Assembly (NCBI GenBank): GCA_963836185.1
Contig: CAWIIQ010000001.1
Coordinates: forward strand, 1,049,424-1,113,423
Origin: Candidatus Krumholzibacteriia bacterium
GTDB lineage: Bacteria; Krumholzibacteriota; Krumholzibacteriia; Krumholzibacteriales; Krumholzibacteriaceae
Direction of reading: 5' to 3'
Length of the DNA: 64,000 nt
Part shown: piece by piece, positions 63,629-64,000 of the stretch
Layout of the letters: each line of letters opens with the position of its first letter
Numbering within the stretch: position 1 is the first letter of the stretch
Translations under genes and position numbers: made by a program
The notes under the pieces: model-generated
Database searches by the model: none
What the model was told of the DNA's origin: nothing
Seen by the model: the letters and a program-made list of their open reading frames with translations, nothing else

Positions 63629-64000
63629 ATGGCCTGCCCGGAATGTTACAGCAACGACCCGCGAGTGACACCTATTCTCGACCCGGAAAGTTGCCTGATG
63701 ACTCACGCACAGTATGTCTGCTCGACTTGTGGGAGATGTATCTGCGCGGAAGCTGATGCCCAGAACAAGTACAGGATCAAATATCCGTTCAATTCGCTGG
63801 AGATCGCCAAATTGTACCTCAGAGCCGCTGAAGCGATCTATGGCGGACCGTGCGAGATCTACGAGATCGAATACTCGAATGGCAGGCTCCTGTACAAGAT
63901 ATTCCACACAAAAGAGGATTTGGAATCATACCTGAAGAAAAATACGATGCAGAGCTGTCCGACAGGTAAACCTCTTTTTACTACTCCCTCGTATAAACCA
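63629..64000 (+). CDS. Cys-rich (zinc-ribbon-like) hypothetical protein, 3'-partial at the window end
   Basis: ATG 63629 after aaaggag. MACPECYSNDPRV...CSTCGRCIC.... Open to the end of the window (not in the ORF table because no stop). Confidence 0.4.
   Translation, partial: MACPECYSNDPRVTPILDPESCLMTHAQYVCSTCGRCICAEADAQNKYRIKYPFNSLEIAKLYLRAAEAIYGGPCEIYEIEYSNGRLLYKIFHTKEDLESYLKKNTMQSCPTGKPLFTTPSYKP

Overview
The window is a high-GC (about 62-65%) bacterial chromosome segment. Positions 1-42,300 carry ordinary housekeeping genes. From 42,356 to about 57,105 there is what I read as a sedentary chromosomal integron, and this is the main discovery claim: an IntI-related tyrosine recombinase is followed, on the same strand, by an array of at least 16 GC-rich attC-type imperfect-palindrome repeats. 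Most repeats are about 141 bp, begin YATAACAG (R'') and end GTTATNC (R'). They flank AT-rich cassettes (about 40-45% GC). After a truncated terminal attC come katG and more AT-rich small lipoprotein genes that lack attC sites, running to the window end.

Housekeeping genes (1-42,300) include acyl-CoA dehydrogenase, a LytS/LytTR two-component pair, lpdA, an M16 peptidase, a small ferredoxin, selD, queH, an M23 peptidase, a YprB/YprA (MrfB/MrfA)-like exonuclease-helicase pair, sdhCDAB, an asparaginase-family Ntn hydrolase, pyrE, two native T9SS-CTD cargo proteins, TPR proteins, glpX, rarA, a HAD hydrolase, a GNAT acetyltransferase, a PP2C phosphatase, class II ribonucleotide reductase and a flavin reductase. 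selD carries an in-frame UGA (selenocysteine) followed by a perfect SECIS-like hairpin. The native T9SS cargo proteins suggest an FCB-superphylum-like organism.

Cassettes encode small lipoproteins in paralogous families, a T9SS-CTD beta-propeller protein, a VapB-VapC module, a DEDDh exonuclease, a degraded Ser/Thr-kinase-TPR gene, and two diverged copies of an ORF-less conserved element of about 410 nt that ends in a strong SD+ATG reading through the next attC.

Caveat: many conserved genes are interrupted by single-base frameshifts (acd, mrfA x2, TPR, glpX, rarA, nrdJ, flavin reductase, several cassette genes). This looks more like sequencing or assembly indels than biology. All gene boundaries, starts and pseudogene calls are therefore provisional.
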